Notes: generated by a model not told the origin, from the letters alone. Positions 1-11,045 are shown, counted from the stretch's first letter. The stretch: 33,764 nt of DNA from Welwitschia mirabilis (GCA_051453625.1 JBOZIK010000001.1:11599059-11632822); one strand, 5' to 3'. Program-made: numbers and translations.

Positions 1-77
1 CTTCGACGGAATTACGACATTCGGATCACTCCGTCTATACTAGCGTGTTGTATTTTGCATCTTATTGATAATTAACA
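1..77 (+). mobile_element. 3' end of a relatively young LTR (Ty3/gypsy, Athila-like), continuing left of the window
   Basis: Bases 1-59 align with 16960-17019, the 3' part of the LTR relic (shared GACATTC...CGTCTATACTAG...TTTTGCA). The stretch ends in ...AATTAACA at 77 and no PBS follows. It retains CpGs that the other copy has lost. Confidence 0.55.
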
Positions 78-229
78 CGATTGACTTTGAACGTGAACTA
101 TTGCATAAATACACACCGCAACAGTGATCAAGGTGAAGAGGAAATGTTGTCTCCATAAGAATAACTAGATATGGTAGCCTTAAGGACATGCCAAGAACGT
201 GTAGTATAGTAAACTTAGTTCTACATATA

Positions 230-1703
230 TGTTGACCCCTCAAAAAAGGTGTAGTAAAAACTTTTTTCACCATTGAAAGGGTGTAAATGGAAAAAATCTA
301 AAGAAAGATAAAGGTTCCATTTACGTTATGCTAAGGATGGGTGTACAGTAATTTTTTAAAAATGATGGAAAATAAGAATGGTATAAACTTAATCATTATT
401 TGAAATGGGTTGTTCCATACGTAATTATTAGAAAACCATGTTTGATTGGTTTCTTATAAGAACCCCTATAGGAAGGAAGTTTTTAAGGGCTAAACCTTAG
501 GTTAAGAGTTCTATGTTCTATGAAAACTAAGTGCTATTTAAAATTCTATGAAATAAGTGTTTTATGAAGAAGATAGGTGATGTGTTCCATGAGTTAAAAG
601 AATGGAATTAGAACTTCACTCATAAAGGGTGGATGAAATGATGATAACAAACATAACCTATGCTATGAAAAATGATTTGGTGATAATGAAATTATAAAAA
701 ATTTTTACATTAGATTTTGTTTCATCTTGATGGTTGTAAATTAGAATTCTGATTTACCTATACTAACATTTATCATGGAAAATATGGTTTCCATGTTACC
801 CTAGATGAAAAGGTGATGGCATGAACTTTGTTATTAAAAGCATGTCATTTTTCATGGAATTATGATTTCTATGTAGCTTCATGGAAGAGATGTTTCTCTT
901 AAATTGTTTCATATTAAGACATAAGAAAGGTAGTTTTTGTGTGATCATGAAATTCAAAACACATTGGATTCCTTGAACAATTTCCATTACTAATGTCTAA
1001 GGTTCAATATTAATGATATTCCATGTGGTCTTGTAAAAATACTCAATTATTCATTGGCTTGTTAGGCATGTGGTAGAGATATAATTGATCTCTAGGGGGT
1101 TTCATTAGCACAAACAAGAGCTAAGTTAAGTTATGAAAAGTTAAGTTATTATGTACAAAAATGATATTGAGAAGAATCAAATGTTGGCCAAGCTTATGCT
1201 TATGGTTCTCTATTTTTGGACCCATATGATTAAGTAACATTTAGTAATTTTGATAATAAAGTAAGAGAAACTACATCAAGCATGATAGGTTATTTTCTAG
1301 CGATATAAAGTTTAAGTATAATTTGTTTATTATGATAAGTTTCTCATCTCTAGATCTTGGAGGAGGAAATGGTAACCAAGTTATCACATGGATTATAGAA
1401 GCCTTGTTCTGTTCATAATTGGTTTTCATAAAATAGTAAAAATTATGAATTCAAGTTTAGTACCATGCCAAGTTTTTTTTTAGGTCTTACTGTAATTTTA
1501 CATGTTTTTGATTGTTAATAGTATACTAAGGCAACTTTTAAATCCTTAGTTTCTATAGAGTGATAATATTAGTAATAACAATTGTGATTATCAAAGGTTA
1601 CATATAAATAGATGTAACCATTCACATCATATATGATATCCATATTTTTTGTACCATTATTTTAATTGATCTATGAAATGCATTGTCATCTCAACTTGTT
1701 ACA
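230..1703 (+). mobile_element. possible degraded LTR-like repeat
   Basis: Starts TGTTGACCCCTCAAAAAAGG, similar to the TGTTGACATGTAAAAATGG terminus of the minus-strand LTR at 21404. The ~835-885 stretch (AAAAGCATGTC...) weakly resembles the reverse complement of ~21250-21320. A possible end is GTTACA at 1703. No TSD found and the boundaries are uncertain. Confidence 0.3.
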
Positions 1704-3204
1704 CGATATCTTATAGTGTCGTGTGGTTATTTCTACTTGAACTAATGTTAACCCTTCTTGCATTAAAAAAAATAATGTTTTTAATAAAAGAAATTTTAAC
1801 TTGTAATATTAGAATAATAAAAGCCATAGCTTCCAAACTCAACTAGACACGTAAACTCAAGAAAAATTACCTCAAACTTGAATAAATTTAAAAAAAAGAT
1901 TATAGAAAAGATAAAACTTGGGATACCAAAAGTCCAATTTTGTAAATTCTTTTGGATAATGAAACTTCTTGGAGAGATAAAATATATAAATACATTATGA
2001 AGAGATTTAGAATTTATACAAAAACTTAAATTTGTATTATTAGAAATCATTTCACATAAAAGACTTCTAATAGGTTTGATAACGTATTAATTATTCTAAT
2101 CAAATACAACAAACATAGTTGCTTTTATTAATGAAAAAAATGGATTACATAGGTAGAAGTAGGCTAACAATAATAGCTATAGGTTAGCAAAGAATTAATG
2201 TTTTTGAAAGTAGAAAACCTTTTTTTAATTGTTTTTAACTATAAATGTAAATCAAAGAAATGTTAGCATAAAACCTATAAACAACATTTAATTAAAAGCA
2301 AATTTTCATAATAATAAAAATATTATAATATCAAATAATGATAGAGAAAATATAGAGAAATTAAAAATTCTTTATAGTATACTTACAAGTTGTTCTTATT
2401 CTTCTCCCTTCTTAGTCTTATTTTTTTTAATGATTCCTATAAATTCTCACCATTTTGATGTTTTAGAAAAATATGACTTTAAAAAATCATTTTTCTTTCA
2501 TGTTTCCTTCTCGTCCTTAACTAATGCATGGGCTCAAAGTCATCCCAAACTCACCAAACAAACTCATCAAAATCATTATTTTAGTAAGTTTGAGCTGAGT
2601 TTGAATCATCTGACAATTATGGCATTAGAAAATTTGACAAGTTTCTAAACTCACAATGTGCTAATTTTGGTTAATCTTGTAATAAGTGTGACAAAACTAA
2701 AAGACATTAGCCATTAAGGATGTTGATTCTCAAGATTTAAGCAAAAGAAAGCTATTAAAACAAAAGAAATTTGATTTTCATGGTAATAAGTAAGATAACA
2801 TTGTGATATAATAATCGTTTGGATTTTGCTATACAAAAGTTTTAATAAGCATGCAAAACACATAATTCAATCTTTTTTAATAAGAAATAAGATCATATAT
2901 AGGAGCATTAAAAGGTCTCAAGAAGAAAGAAAATCCACCAAGCTATAGAGCTCAAATTATTACTGTAAGAACTATTTTTGTTACTTAAAAATTAGGATTA
3001 TAATGGTTCTCCCTTATTACGACAACACATGTTCAGTTTCATTTCCTCTAAACATAGCAAAGAGAGGCCTCGCTTTCTTTATTACGACACTTTCTAAGTT
3101 TAAATTTCAAAGTTACAATTTGATCAGACCTAAAACATGAATCATAGGTAATCAAGATGGTACACTTGTAAAGAATTAAAAAAATAATAGTAGTAAAAGT
3201 AGAC

Positions 3205-4240
3205 CTATGTTCAAAACGTATCATTTAAAGGTGAGTTAAAAACATTACCTATGTAGATGACAAAAGGAAAAAGATAAGAAAAACATCTTCATCTTATTAA
3301 ATAGATTCCTTCTTTCACTCCGAATCATTTATCATTAGTTTCTCTTAATCCAATATTTGATCACACCAAACCTCTTAACTATTTTTTAAATTTTTATGAG
3401 CCATAGTCCAAACTTATATACCTTTTATGTAAATTCCATTCCAAAGCACTTATTACACAAGTCTAAATAATCAAGACCATGATAATAATGAAACCTTATT
3501 AGGATAACACATATTCTATCCCATATTTTTTTGCCATATGAGGAAGAGGTTTAGATTTTTCAATAAAAATATTCCAAGTTGCAATTTTATGAAAACAAAT
3601 AATTGAGAGTACATTGTTGAAGAATTAAAGAGGTCAATAAACGAAACCTAGATTTAAATCATAGCATTTAAAAATAAATTCAAATCATGTCTTATTTAGA
3701 TGATAAAAGGATAATAGAGACATCCTCCTTGTACTAAAGATGCAGTCCTTTTGTACCTAAGAGATCTATCAAATCATTAAATCTCATAATTTATCATCGT
3801 TTTCTCTTAATCTAATATTTGATTTTATCAAACCTATAATTTGTTGTTTAAATTTTCATTGGACTTGGCCTAATTTACATATCTTGATGTGAAAAACATC
3901 TTAAAGCATTTATTTCACCTTGTTCTACCTCACCAAGGTAATGCTTGCATAACTCTTCATGAAACATCAATTAAAAAGGCATGCTCAAATTCAAAAAATA
4001 GCATTTAAAAGTGCAATAAAATCATGCCATATGTAGATGACAAAAAGATAAAAGTAATAAAAACATTTAAAGGTGATAGAAACATTTCTTCAAAGATCCA
4101 TTATCCATCCATTTATTATTAGTTTACCTTAATTTAGTACTTGGTTCTATCAAACTTATTCTTCAATTCATTATGCAAATTTCATTCCAAACTACTTATC
4201 ACACTTTATATAATCAACTAAGATCATAATAGCAAATCTT
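3205..4240. repeat. three degenerate direct copies of a ~350-450 bp unit, downstream of the P450
   Basis: The blocks CATTTAAA...TAT(G/T)TAGATGA(C/T)AAAA, ATTTAT(C/T)AT..GTTT..CTTAAT..A(A/G)TA(T/C)TTG and CAAA...CTTAT.ACAC recur in the same order at ~3220, ~3665 and ~4000. Confidence 0.75.
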
Positions 4241-5219
4241 TGCATGAATTATTAACTAATACACTTTTCTTACAATAATATTGTATCTTAGACCATGTTA
4301 AACTTTGAAAGAACACACACACACAGCTTTATCTTGTTTACAAAAGATGAACAACAAATGTATCAAAAATCATAAGGAAGTCCTATGCTTAGCCTTAAAA
4401 ATACACTATTTTCATTTTTCTTCAATAAAATTGATTTTGGTATAATACAATTTGAAAATCCTCATTTAGGTAAAGTAATGATTTTACAAAACGATTTTAA
4501 TGATTGTAATATTATATGAAGGGTTATCATGAATAACAGTGTAGCAAAAGTGGATGTTAAAGTTGTACTAACCTATTGTAATTACTTAATTCCATGTGAG
4601 AGTGCTTTATTATTAATTGCAAATGAATTAAATCATCTTTCTTTCAATGTTACCCATAGAACTTTTACTCACTTCAAATAGAAAATTTTGGATTCAATGG
4701 AGATTCAAGTTACTTCTCACAAATATGTTTCTAATAGATTTATAAAAAAAAAACATTATAATATTAAATTTTGAACCTACTCCCATAGAGCAATTTACAA
4801 TGTACAGTACTTATGAATTAGTACTTCTTCAATATAAAAAATAGAGCTCAAAATCCTTAGTAAAGAGATGTGTAATCCCTTTGATTAATTAAAAAAAAAA
4901 GCAATCTAAACAATTAAAAAATAAAGCTACAAAACAATTAACTAAATTCTTAAGCACAAAATTCTAAAACAAAAACAATTAACTTTGATAACTACATGAG
5001 ATAAACTACAGAGCCCAAAACCTTTGGAAAGTAACAATCCTATTGAGAAAATGCTACTTAGACGCCTCAAGTCTGTTTGCCAAGTACCTTTTTCATATAA
5101 AAATTCACTAACTATAACTTCATTAAGAAATTTAAATAACATTAGAGCTCTTCGAAAAAGTACCTATTAATTATTTCACAATACTAACTTTATTTTTCCC
5201 TCCCCTAAAAACAAAAAAA

Positions 5220-6876
5220 TCAATCAATTCGACGGCGGAGAGACTCTGTCCGAGGCCGGACGAACACAGGGAACCCATTTTTCATCACTGCGTTGAAGCC
5301 GAGCTTCGGCGCCGCCGCGGACGCAGACGAAGAATCGACGGCGGAGGTGATCTCGAAACGAAGCAAAACAGAAGCAGCAGTAAACTTCATCACCGCGAAA
5401 GCAAGCTCCCGCCCCTGGCAGCGCCGTGGCCCTGCATTAAACGCCATAAACTTCATCTCCGACTGCACTTTGTACTGGCCGTTCCGCAGCCACCGCTCCG
5501 GCAAAAACTGACCGGAATCATCCCCCCAGAGCGCCGGCGACCGTCCGATCGCCTGGATCGAATACACGAGAAACGCGTCGCATGGCACTGGCGTGCCGTC
5601 AGGGAGTACATCAGCGTTTAGAGCCTGCGTTACATTCAGCGGTGCCGCCGGATACAGCCGCAGCGTCTCCGACAGCGCCGCTTGCAAATAATGCATCTCC
5701 TTCGTCTCCTCCATGGTCACATGCCGTCGCCCCGGAGCCACCCGCCTAAGCTCCTCCAAGATCGCCCGCTCGACACGTGGCTCTCTCTGCAGAGCCCAAA
5801 AGAACCACGTCAGCGCGACCGCCAGCGTGTCTTTGCCAGCCAGCACAATACTCAACCCCATCGTCGCCAGCTCATCCTCGTCTTCTCCACCTGTCAAGCG
5901 AACATCCAATCAGAACGCCCCACATAAAAGGAAGAATCTCCCACACAAGTGGGCGATGATGCTGAGGCTTACCGTAGGTGAGGGGGTCCAGTAGGGCAAT
6001 GGCAGAGAGCAGATCCATTGGGCGGGCACCACGGAGGCAGTCCGCAGTGTAATTAAACTGTTGCCGGCGTAGCGCCATGGCGGCATGCATCCACCGCTTT
6101 ACGCCTGCCGCCGCGGCGTGCAGGCGGCGCTCGTGCCCCAGCCGGAGAGCGCGCAGCGTCTTCCAGAACACCGGCGGCTGAACGAGCCGCCACACCGAAA
6201 GCTCCATGGCGGGTTCGAACGTGGCGAGAAACTCGCCTTCAATGTGAGCGGGGTTGACCCCCAGTCCAGCAATAGCCATGTTAACGAAGGTGAAGTTCAT
6301 AAGTACTTTTTGGAGGTCGACGGCGGCGCCAGCGCCAGTGGCGCGGTGAAGGTCCGGCAAGAGCGTTCCGGTGACGGTATCGGCGGCGGTGGCGAAGGCA
6401 TAGGAGCGGAAGCCGGCGGAGGTGATGGCGGCGGAGACGGTGGCACCAAGGCGGCGGAAGCGGGCACCATCAGCGAGAAGGAGGGAGTCGCCGAGGACGT
6501 CGTGCATAACCTCGCGGAAACGGTGGCCTTTGCCGAAGTTGGCGAAGTTAGTCTTAAGGACGTACTTGAGGTTGGTCACGTCGGAGGTGATAAGGATGGT
6601 CACGCCGGGGGCGCTGAACTCGAAGGTGGTGTTGTTGGTTTGTTGGAGGAGTTGGTGGAGCCACTCTTGGAGTCGGTTTATATTGTGGAGAAGTCCAGGG
6701 AGCATGCCTAACAGTGGCCATTTCCGCGGACCGCATGCCGGCGGTTTTTTTCGCCGACGGAGGAGGAAGGAGAAGAAAACAAAGGGTAGGAGGAAGAGGA
6801 GGAGGAAACAGATGTGGAAGAGCATTGGGGGCGTGCTTTTCAAGGAGATGGAGGTTCCTGAGGGCCGTGGAGCCAT
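5220..6876 (-). CDS. cytochrome P450, CYP86 clan (CYP86/94/96/704-related, fatty-acid or alkane hydroxylase-like), divergent; exons 6876..5973 and 5890..5220, ~524 aa (507 aa if started at the ATG at 6825)
   Basis: N-terminal TM helix, basic RRRKK, and proline hinge GPRKWPLLGMLP. Clan-typical LKTNFANFGKG and VDLQ..LMNFTF. I-helix AGKDT (5840-5826), ETLR (5669-5658), PERW (5501-5490), heme motif FNAGPRRCQG (5441-5412). The two ORF-track frames join in frame through a canonical 82-bp GT-AG intron (…LTY-G-GEDEDEL…). Stop is TGA at 5222-5220. Confidence 0.95.
5891..5972 (-). other. phase-1 spliceosomal intron of the P450 (82 bp)
   Basis: Donor G|GTAAG at 5972, branch-like CTGAT at 5913-5909, acceptor TTGACAG|GT ending at 5891. 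Removing it restores the reading frame exactly. Confidence 0.9.
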
Positions 6877-6994
6877 TTATGGCTGTTTTCGGGGTGTGGT
6901 AGAGCCGGGAGCGGTGAGTGGGGTTGAGATATTTATGGTGGCTGCCAGGGTTGGGGTGACGAGGCAGTGGTGAGTTAAGTTGAGGCATTTATGG
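6875..6994 (-). promoter_or_regulatory. degenerate 56-bp tandem repeat over the proximal promoter/5' UTR, with three CCATAAAT (TATA-like) boxes
   Basis: ATTTATGG (+) occurs at 6875, 6931 and 6987, exactly 56 bp apart. Units 6875-6930 and 6931-6986 match at 36/56 positions without gaps. The regulatory role is inferred from position only. Confidence 0.6.
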
Positions 6995-7182
6995 TTGTTG
7001 TTGGATGGTGTAATTTGTTGTGTTTGTATTGGCATCACCCTCTTCTCCCATACTTGGTTTGTGGAAGCCCTGAAGTTAATGAAAGGGTTACAACACAAGC
7101 TATACACTTTCTCATAATTTAACAGCCAAGGGCCTCAGCCTCAACAATACATAGGACATAAATTATATGTAAGAGTTGGACA

Positions 7183-7517
7183 TTCAACGATAAACTAGTG
7201 GGTTGATACATGTCACCTTGTAGTTTTTATTCAAAGAAAGAAATAAATGACAAAAAATAATAGTATTACCTTAAAAAAAGAATTACCTTGTATATTTAAC
7301 GATGAACTATTGGGTTAATAGATGTCACCTTTTGGTTTTTATCTAACAAAGCAAATAAGGAACCAAAAAACAATGAAAAGAATGAAAGTACCATTTGAAT
7401 GTGTTACTATAAACTCTTGGGCTAATAGATGTTACCTTTTGGTTTTTATGTAACGAAGCAAACAAGTAGCCAAAAAACAATGAACGGAATGAAAGTACCA
7501 CTTGCATGTGTTACTTA
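7183..7517. repeat. tandem repeat, 3 copies of ~107-112 bp, ~310-640 bp upstream of the P450 start
   Basis: AACT..TGGG(T/C)T(G/A)ATA(C/G)ATGT(C/T)ACCTT.T(A/G)GTTTTTAT starts at 7193, 7305 and 7412. Copies 2 and 3 also share CCAAAAAACAATGAA..GAATGAAAGTACCA.TTG.ATGTGTTACT. Confidence 0.9.
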
Positions 7518-7949
7518 TTAATTATCAAATAGATAATAATTAACAATAAGTATCTAGAGCTTTTTCCAAATTTATTAAAAGAAGAGATTCAGACATGAAC
7601 CTTCTCGTCCATACTCTTTCCTTTCCAAAACGAGTTCATGATATTATCTCACTAAATAATCAAATATATTATTGAGTTTAAGATTCCAAAATAAAGAAAG
7701 GTTTGAGATTTAAGGAAATTAGTTCTAGATTAATAACATCTACTGCTAACATATCCACAGAATATTAGCTTTAATAGATAAAGTTAGGATAAATGCAAAC
7801 AAACATAAGGAAGGGTGAGGTAATAATAAATATAATTATGAGAAAAGATTAAAAAAAATGAAAACCTCTTTTGATTTGTGAAATTATGATTCTAAACATA
7901 ACCTTAAGATAGAATCTTTTTAATATAATCAAAATACAATATCGAAAAA

Positions 7950-8340
7950 AATAATATTCAATGAAATATGATGATAGTAAAGGGGTTTGAGAATTAGTAT
8001 TGAAAACTTTGGTAAACATTAGGGTGGTAGACATAAAATTGTGTTTCACTATGAAACTTAATAAATATGGGAATTTAAATAAGTATAGGTTTCTATATTT
8101 TAACAAAAACATACAAAACCATAGATGAAACTTTAAGGAAGCCTTAATTCCATAACAAGAATGAAGTTTTTATGCTCCAAAATACATAATTAATGGAAGG
8201 GAAGTTCTTATTAATTAGATATAAAGTTGGGCATTTTATTTGCAATTCTAGATGAAGCCATCAATATAACATCATAAGACTATAAAATTACCTCAAATAT
8301 CATGTGTGGACAAATAAAAAAGTACATAACCTTACTTAAT
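7950..8340 (+). mobile_element. degraded Ty1/copia reverse transcriptase N-terminal fragment
   Basis: The frame from 7979 reads KGV*ELVLKTLVNIRVVDIKLCFTMKLNKYGNLNKYRFL, resembling copia N.VWELV.P...V+G.KWVF..K....G....YKARL. Near 8216, LDIKLGILFAILDEAINI resembles (Q)MDVKSAFLNG.L.EE+Y. Confidence 0.65.
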
Positions 8341-8826
8341 TATCCATTATCTATTAAAAATAGCAAGAAGAAATTCTTCTATAAGGATATTATTGAAATG
8401 GTCTTACCAAAAAAAAAATTCACATATTGGATGTGAATCAATTAATTTTGAACAAAAGCAGTGTTACATATGTATTATCTTTTGAATGTATGTCCTTAGA
8501 GAATTTTAAACTATTTTATATTAATAGTGTATTATTATCTTAATATGAAAATAACCCATTAAAATAAAATTATAAAGTTATCTTAGCAAAAATATAGAAT
8601 TAGCAAGTAACTTGAGTAGCAACATAGATAATCAAACTTCATACTACCATATTACTTAGATACAGAAAACCTCAAAATATGAACATATTGTAGTTAATAC
8701 ATGAAATGAGATGCAAGTAAGTATAAAAAATTGAAAAAATGTATAGTACATATATCATGTGCAAAGCTACATATGAAAAGCTCTAACTACAAATATAATA
8801 GTCTCTTACATATATCTTAAGCTAAT

Positions 8827-8890
8827 GGGGTGGTAATATGAATGGTAGGATACTTTTCATTCAAGAGGTTATGAGGTCAAACCTTTGGAT
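8827..8890 (+). mobile_element. possible decayed tRNA-derived SINE head
   Basis: GGGGTGGTAATATGAATGGTAGG (A-box-like) is followed ~35 nt later by CAAGAGGTTATGAGGTCAAACC (B-box-like). Both boxes are imperfect. Confidence 0.3.
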
Positions 8891-10822
8891 TTTCTAATTG
8901 GTACTTTGTAAGAATTTTACATAGTTAAATCACTTGTTTAGGTTGTTTTAGTTGAAGCACTTCTATGGGAAGGTATGATCACTAAAGTCGAATTTAACAT
9001 TGTCCTTCTCCTTAGATATATATCTTACATGTAATATTGGATTTGTTCACCAACACACTTCCATTTATTTTTTATGTTAAAATTGGAAGAACAAAATAAG
9101 TAAACCTAAAGTTAGAAGGAATTGATTCAATAGTATGAAACAAAGCAATTTAAATGAAACTTAGAAAATAAGGTAATATGAAAAAAATATCTTAGGTTAA
9201 GTGTATTAAAATTTAAGCTACAAGTGTATATAAAACTTAGTTATTTGACATCGTTAATAATAAAAAAGAACCTTAATGTTATGAATATCCTTAAAATTCC
9301 ACAAATTAAAGTCTGATAAGTAATAATTGTTTTTGAAAAGTCAAAAAATAATTCTATAAAATCCAACCATGTATTTTCCTTAGCATGTTTTATGATATAC
9401 ATTACATGAAGGAAGATCCATTAAATATTAGAAGATTAAGTGTTAAACTTAGGAAGTTCTATGATATTACTAACTATAATATTATGTATAATTCCATGGT
9501 AAGATGTTAGAGTAATAAAGTAGTTCGTATTATTTAGAAATTTTGTAGTTTGTTATAATTTTGTTAAAATAACTAACTTTTTCTTACTTAATTTGTTTAT
9601 TATTAGAATAAGATATGATTATGTATACCATACATAGACTATGTAATATTTCACTCTGACTTAAATAATTCCTTTAAAAAATTCTTGAGTCCATTTGTTT
9701 TTCGAGGATTTAAAAAGTTAATTATTAAGGAAGGAATTCATTAATGAAAGACATATCTTACTTGGAATTATTAATCATCATAATGTCAAAATTTTGGAAT
9801 TTGGTTTTTTGCATGTCATCTCTTTTATAAACAAATAATTTCATGCTTTGAGAGCTTTTCCAATAAAGAATTAAGAAAATTATTTATTGGATTAAGATTT
9901 GATTTGTTTCTTTCTTTTAATTAGAATAGTTAAAGTCTTTCTATATAAGTACATTAGGTCTATTTCTTCTCTATTTCTAAAAGTAACTAATTAGTTGTAT
10001 GATGATAATGACCTTATGTGAAATGACATCATTGAACCATTATTATAATCATATCACATGAAAATAATGTTATTCTAAGAACCTATGAATGAAGAAGAAA
10101 AAGTGTTGGAGGATAAAGCTAGGGAAATATTACTTCTACTAGTCACATTAACCATTTCAATAATGATAAAACGAATCCTTAGGATAACATTAAGATTTAT
10201 AAATAAATAAAATTTATAAAGTTAGATAAGATATATAGAGAAATAAATAAGACCATATTTAGAATGTTTCTCATAAGAAGATATAATTTAAAGATGAAAA
10301 GGGATAAAATTGTGTATGAACAAATAGACAAAGCAGACTCACTTTACAAAGATATTAAAGAACATGAAAGTAGTGTAGGAATGGGTTGCATCAGTTATTG
10401 ATTCAGAAATAAGCATCCTTGCATGACTTGATACTTGAAAATTTAATATTTCAAGCTTTTCAAGTAGTAGTTATTGAATTGAAATTAAGAATTTTTCATT
10501 AGGTTATTTCCAATCTTAGGAGGATTGGTTTAAGATATAAGTGCATTAGGTTGTTTTCCAGCCTTAATAGAATTGGTCTAACGTATGATTCCATTATTTT
10601 TTTAATCTTTTAACAAACATTAAAGGTCTTTTCTTTTTTTTTTTTTGTAACCTAAGCTTTATCTATTCTAAATTGCACTATTGCTAAAACCTCCTCTTAT
10701 TTGACTAAGTGAAATTTTTTACTTTTTAGGAGGAATCCAAAAATCATTATTTTCAAATCATATTCTTATTTTGTGTTTTTTACACTCATTGAAATCCAAT
10801 CATCTAATATTTTATAAAAAGG

Positions 10823-10969
10823 ATATGGTTTGATTCATTCTTTCTTTTATTATTCTTGGGCTAATGTTCTAATAAATATTACATTTTTCTTAGTTATATA
10901 TGGTTTGATTCATTCTTTCTTTCATTATACTTGGGCTAATGTTCTAATAAACATTACATTTTTTTAGTT
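10823..10969. repeat. recent tandem duplication, 2 x ~75 bp
   Basis: ATATGGTTTGATTCATTCTTTCTTT.ATTAT.CTTGGGCTAATGTTCTAATAAA.ATTACATTTTT…TAGTT occurs at 10823 and 10898 with few mismatches. Confidence 0.9.
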
Positions 10970-11035
10970 AAAAACTAGGATACATACTGCTTTTTAATAT
11001 AACTTTTTAAATCCTTTTTATTGCTTCATTTAATT

Positions 11036-11045
11036 NNNNNNNNNN
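11036..11045. other. assembly gap (10 N)
   Basis: Run of N. Confidence 1.

Noticed and set aside
5189..5194. AATAAA (minus strand) ~26 nt after the P450 stop, as a polyadenylation signal
   Set aside because: The hexamer is common in AT-rich DNA and plant signals are degenerate; it cannot be supported without transcript ends.
5872..5909. P450 as a frameshifted pseudogene or as two separate genes (two overlapping ORFs in the track)
   Set aside because: A canonical 82-bp GT-AG intron with a branch-like site joins the two frames exactly.
5293..6973. Plus-strand ORFs of 60-208 aa overlapping the P450
   Set aside because: Antisense shadow ORFs expected in GC-rich coding DNA, with no recognisable domain.
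7183..7517. CRISPR-like array interpretation
   Set aside because: Eukaryotic context, the inter-core segments are homologous rather than unique spacers, and there are no cas genes.
10060..10400. Possible copia gag fragment (EDKAREILLLLVT)
   Set aside because: Only one short weak motif.
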